64,000 nucleotides of DNA. Source: Mobula hypostoma. Lineage: Eukaryota. Location: the NCBI RefSeq assembly GCF_963921235.1, contig NC_086097.1, positions 173,044,001 through 173,108,000 of the forward strand. Direction: 5' to 3'. The position numbers and the translations under genes were made by a program. A model generated the notes under the pieces. That model worked only from the letters and a program-made list of their open reading frames with translations, had not been told where the DNA came from and ran no database searches. This document shows, in pieces, positions 59,721-64,000 of the stretch (positions within the stretch are counted from its first letter, which is position 1; the number at the start of each line of letters is the position of its first letter).

Positions 59721-62700
59721 AATTTTGTTTCTTGAATTCACTTCTTTCATTAAATTAAAAAATCATTTTTCTGTTGGAAGGTTGTGCTCGGTAGAAATGG
59801 TTGATGTGAAGTTGTTCATCTGCATAATTCAGAGACCTCTGGAGATTCCCTGTCAGTTGAATTGATGGAAAATATTAAAGCAGCAATGTTGTTCAAGTCT
59901 AGTACAATACGATGGACTCTTGACCTCACAATTATTATGATCTTGCATCTTGTTGTCTTCTTGCAATGCATTTTCTTTGCAGCTGTTCTACTTTTCTCTG
60001 CAGTACGTTTTACCTTGTATGACCCCAAAGCATTGTGTAATTATTGATCTGAACAAGACAAGCTTTTCACTGGACCTTGGTATATGTGACAACTCTACTA
60101 AGTAAATTCAGTGTCCATCAAATCTGCACATTTCTGACTCCTAAGTGGTCCTTGAGACATTTTTGCTCACTGTCAAATTTGCAGATCCGATCAATCCCAG
60201 ATTTTCTTATTGAATCTTTCGAAGAGGAGCCTTATACTTACTGCTACTGTTCCTTCTTATTTTGAAAAAATGGCTTGTCAGAAAATGCTTCAGCACTTAT
60301 GACTAGGTGAACAAATTAATTTTCATATCCATCGGTGGATGACCCACGTTGTATGGTTTTGGTTATTCCATTCTCAGTTCTCTCTCCTCCAACCATAATT
60401 TCAAGACCAGATTAGTTGCTGGATATTTTATACTTGAAATAAGAAATAGCTGAAATATGTAGTTCCTTCACTTTGCAATCAGTTTTTAAGCCTGCTCAGT
60501 TTTCTTAATGGTTACTCTGATGAGTCCCATAGGCATGCTTGCTTTGCAGCTCACTACTCAGTCTTGCTGTTGCACCATATACTTTTAAGCTTTAAGGGCA
60601 GTGTTTATCTTCTCCGCTGGTATTTCAATACTAAAACCCTTAATAAACTCCAAATTGCATGTCGTTTGGCTGTTGATACTGGGAGCAGGGCACCTGCTAG
60701 CTGTCTAGCAGGGCTTTTAAAAGGGCTCACCTGTGGGAGGTGATAGGCAGGTGAGGAGAAGAGAAGGGATGAGAAGGGAATCAGAGTGGGGAATGGAAGA
60801 AGACAGAAAGGAGAAGGAGGAGAAATTGCCAGAAGTTAGAGAAATTAATGTTCGTGCTATCAGGATGGAGGCTCCTCAGATTTATGAAGCTCTGAACCTC
60901 CTGCTGTACTTGCAATCCAAGCAACCTTTCTGGGAACCAGGTGAACAGTGCAGTGACTTAGTGCACTTAATCGGTCCACTATTGCTTCAACTTCCTGATC
61001 TCAGGCAGAGCTGGCAGGCAGGTCCAGATACCCAGGCATCTGGCTATTTTGCTTGGAGTCAGGCATCTGCTCAATCTGAGCAGACTCAGTTTACAGCTGA
61101 TGTAGAAAGTAAGTGGGGCAAGAATTTCCTGCAGATGAGAAACAAATGCTCACTTTCCACTTCAGTTCTCCAGAAAATAGAATCAGAAGTAATTTACTAT
61201 TGTCACATGCACAGAGAATACAGAGAAAAACTTTTGTTTGAGTTTCATCCATGCATATTATGCCATACATAAGTACTTCAAGGTAGTAAAAGGAAAACAG
61301 AATGCAGACTATTGTATCACATCTGCAGATAGAGTTCAGTGCAGGTAAATAAATAAAGTGTAAGGACTTTATCGAGATTGATTGGGAGATCAGGTTTCTC
61401 TTTAGAATATGAAAGGTCAGTTCAAGAATCTGACAACACTGTCCTTGAGTATAGTTGTAGGTGTTTTCAAGCCTGTGGAACAGCAATTTGCTCATCCGTG
61501 GAACCTCTGCTCTACAACAACATCAAAATGCTTCTAGATAGCATTTTGTTGTTCCCTTGGAACATAAAACTATGGCAGAGATCAGGCATCTAGTGGCATC
61601 ACAGCAAAATTGCATAGATGCAGAGACATTCAAATGACTTTCATATATGACTTCACAATGAATGTCACCTTCTCCCTCTTCTAGAAAGAAATGGTTGGCA
61701 CTGAGCCTTTGTGAGTAAGTGCTTATGAAGTCTACAGACACGATCATGGCTTCCTGATTCCACATAGCCTCCTGTGAGAAAAAGGAGATGAATTCCCCCT
61801 TGTCCATCTTCTTGATCCAAAAGACTAGTCAGGGAGCTCACCTTGCAAGAGTTCAACCTATTGAGTCTTGACCTTTCTGATTGTAGCTTTCATCCAAATT
61901 CTCCAAGTGGCATGGATGTACAGCTCCCCCTTCCAACTTCTGAATATTAGCCCAACTATCCTGTCTATTCAGCATTACATTTTCTTTCATAATTTTCTTC
62001 TATGGTAACTTTTACACTTTTTAGGCTCTTGAAGGTTGCATCAATGCAAGATGTTGTTGAAGCAACTAACTACAGTTAAGGTTTCTCGATGTCTCTAAAG
62101 GATCAAGTAAAATGTATTCTTCTTCTAAATCTGAGTAAACAAGATTGTCTAACCATAAAATGGAAAAGACAAACACAGTTATTCCTCCCATCTAGCTTGA
62201 CAGAAGATTATTTGCTCAAATAGATATGGTCCACTCTGAGTTATAAGGTAGAGCAAAGATTGTTTTGCACTGTCGTAAACACAACCTATCTCCACCCTCT
62301 GGAGAAAAATAATCATAATTCTCCACTACGATGCAATTTTATTTCCAAACCAGCAACTCTTGTGGTTTTTGTCAGTAAGAACAACCAATTTAGTGCCAAA
62401 TTATGGACGACTCTACACAGTAGACTTGCACCCATAGAATCTGGATTTAGAACTGCCAGCATTAACATCACATGGATCCTTAGTAGCTAGCAGAAGCAAA
62501 GATTATGTCTCCAACAGTCCGGCTGTATTAAAACTTAATTAGAGTTGAAAGTAGAAAAAGGAGTTAACAGCACTCTCTTAATTGGCTTACTTAAAAACTT
62601 AGCAGTAAGGTGCTGTCTTTCTCTGCTTTGCTGAATACATATAAAATAAAATAATTGTTGTTCCCACTGGATAGCTTGTGCAATAATTAAAAGGGCTACA

Positions 62701-63397
62701 GGAATTTGGCAAACTGAAGAGTACTGGGGATTACATAATTGCATTTTCTGCCCAAATGGTTCAGACTAAGCATAAAAAATGGGTTAACAAAAATTAATAC
62801 AAAGATAACTGTAAAGGAATGTACAAACTTTGTATAAACTGGATAATGGACTTGCTAAACCAAATATATTTGGCTATATCTTTCAACAAATGTATTATGC
62901 ATTTGCTTTCTTGATTTCTTAAAACAAAGAAAAAATATGAAATGACTGCTAAATCCTTGTGAAGAAGTTTTAGTGGAAATAATATGTGTTTGATATTATC
63001 ATAGAGTTTTGGAAAGATTAAAACAAATCGAGCAAATAACTGTGACCCCTCTAGGGTGCGCTAGAACACTGGGAATTACAGAAAAGGATAGAGGATGGAG
63101 TGTCAGCAGATGAGGAAATTTTATGACCATAGTCTTTAAGATCAGAAATGTCAAATTTAATGTATTTCAGGATAGCAGTTGCTTAGCAAAACCTCTGCAG
63201 AATAATGAACACCAGCAGCTGTCACAGCACCTCAACTATATAAAAAGGCTATACCCTTAACACTGTTTCAGGAGTTACAGTGCAAAGATAAACCTCTCTT
63301 TGGTAAGAATATCATTCAACTTTGCTGAAAAATACATTTAAGTAAAAAATATTTTTTGAATAAATGAATGATGGGAATGTCATTACAACAAAAATAA

Positions 63398-63850
63398 AAA
63401 CAACAGGAATTCTGCAGATGCTGGAAATTCAAGCAACACACATCAAAGTTGCTGGTGAACGCAGCAGGCCAGGCAGCATCTCTCGGAAGAGGTGCAGTCG
63501 ACGTTTTGGGCCGAGACACTTCGTCAGGACTAACTGAAGGAAGAGTTAGTAAGAGATTTGAAAGTGGGAGGGGGAGATCCAAAATGATCGGAGAAGACAG
63601 GAGGGGGATGGCTCTTCAACTTTTCGACCACATTTTGACTCAGACTCACTATCACAGCCATATATCCATCCCTCCCTCTCCTGTCTTCTCCTATCATTTT
63701 GGATCTCCCCCTCCCCCTCCCACTTTCAAATCTCTTACTAACTCTTCCTTCAGTTAGTCCTGACGAAGGGTCTTGGCCCGAAACGTCGACTGCACCTCTT
63801 CCTAGAGATGCTGCCTGGCCTGCTGCGTTCACCAGCAACTTTGATGTGTG
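63398..63850. mobile_element. Palindromic Penelope pLTR insertion (~453 bp) with 15-bp TSD
   Basis: ~175-185-bp inverted arms (63435-63610 and 63666-63852), a ~55-nt spacer, and a ~35-nt unpaired tail on the left. TSD TTACAACAAAAATAA at 63383-63397 and 63851-63865. Confidence 0.94.
63755..63792 (+). ncRNA. Minimal type I hammerhead ribozyme motif (Penelope type), intact core
   Basis: UAGUC-CUGACGA-AGGGUCUUGGCCC-GAAA-CGUC-GACUG. Stem I is AGUC/GACU, the CUGANGA and GAAA boxes are present, there is a GUC cleavage triplet, and palindromic ACGU replaces stem III. Confidence 0.8.
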
Positions 63851-64000
63851 TTACAACAAAAATAACATGTTTTTACTGTTTTTTATGATATTCATGAACA
63901 CTAAAGGATAAACTGGACTGAGCATATCTGATGACAAGTAAGTCACCAATGATGATGTAAACAACACACAACCTGCAAACCTGAGTGGGCAGGGGAAATA

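Noticed and set aside
60733..61856. ORFs of 179, 134 and 94 aa as candidate nested genes
   Set aside because: They read through Penelope and Rex-tail fragments and show no recognisable domain or splice structure.

Overview
Eukaryotic, repeat-rich genomic DNA from a cartilaginous fish, probably a ray or other batoid. This is inferred from HE1-type V-SINEs, HER1/CR1 LINE 3' ends and abundant Penelope-like elements. The whole window lies inside VPS13B (Cohen-syndrome gene orthologue) on the minus strand. Five consecutive internal coding exons are present (28583-27875, 25055-24918, 15624-15232, 8153-7951, 3130-2929; 1645 nt), all GT-AG and phase-compatible. I found no further exon above 28583, so 28584-64000 appears to be one intron of >35 kb. 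The introns contain CR1 and Rex1/Babar LINEs, Penelope-like (RT + GIY-YIG) retroelements, tRNA-derived SINEs, a solo LTR, and Tc1, Tigger/pogo and mariner DNA transposons. The most notable structures are two short, ORF-less, TSD-flanked palindromic Penelope pLTR insertions (40138-40344, 63398-63850) carrying minimal hammerhead ribozyme motifs, plus older decayed relatives. Also notable are a ~100-bp-arm hairpin inside a Tigger derivative, a 9-kb nested TE stack, an unexplained 44-bp direct repeat around 1 kb of unique DNA, a consensus donor 6 nt into a VPS13B exon, and TE-free motif-rich blocks that may be enhancers. All family and orthology calls come from recognising motifs by eye; no database searches were run.
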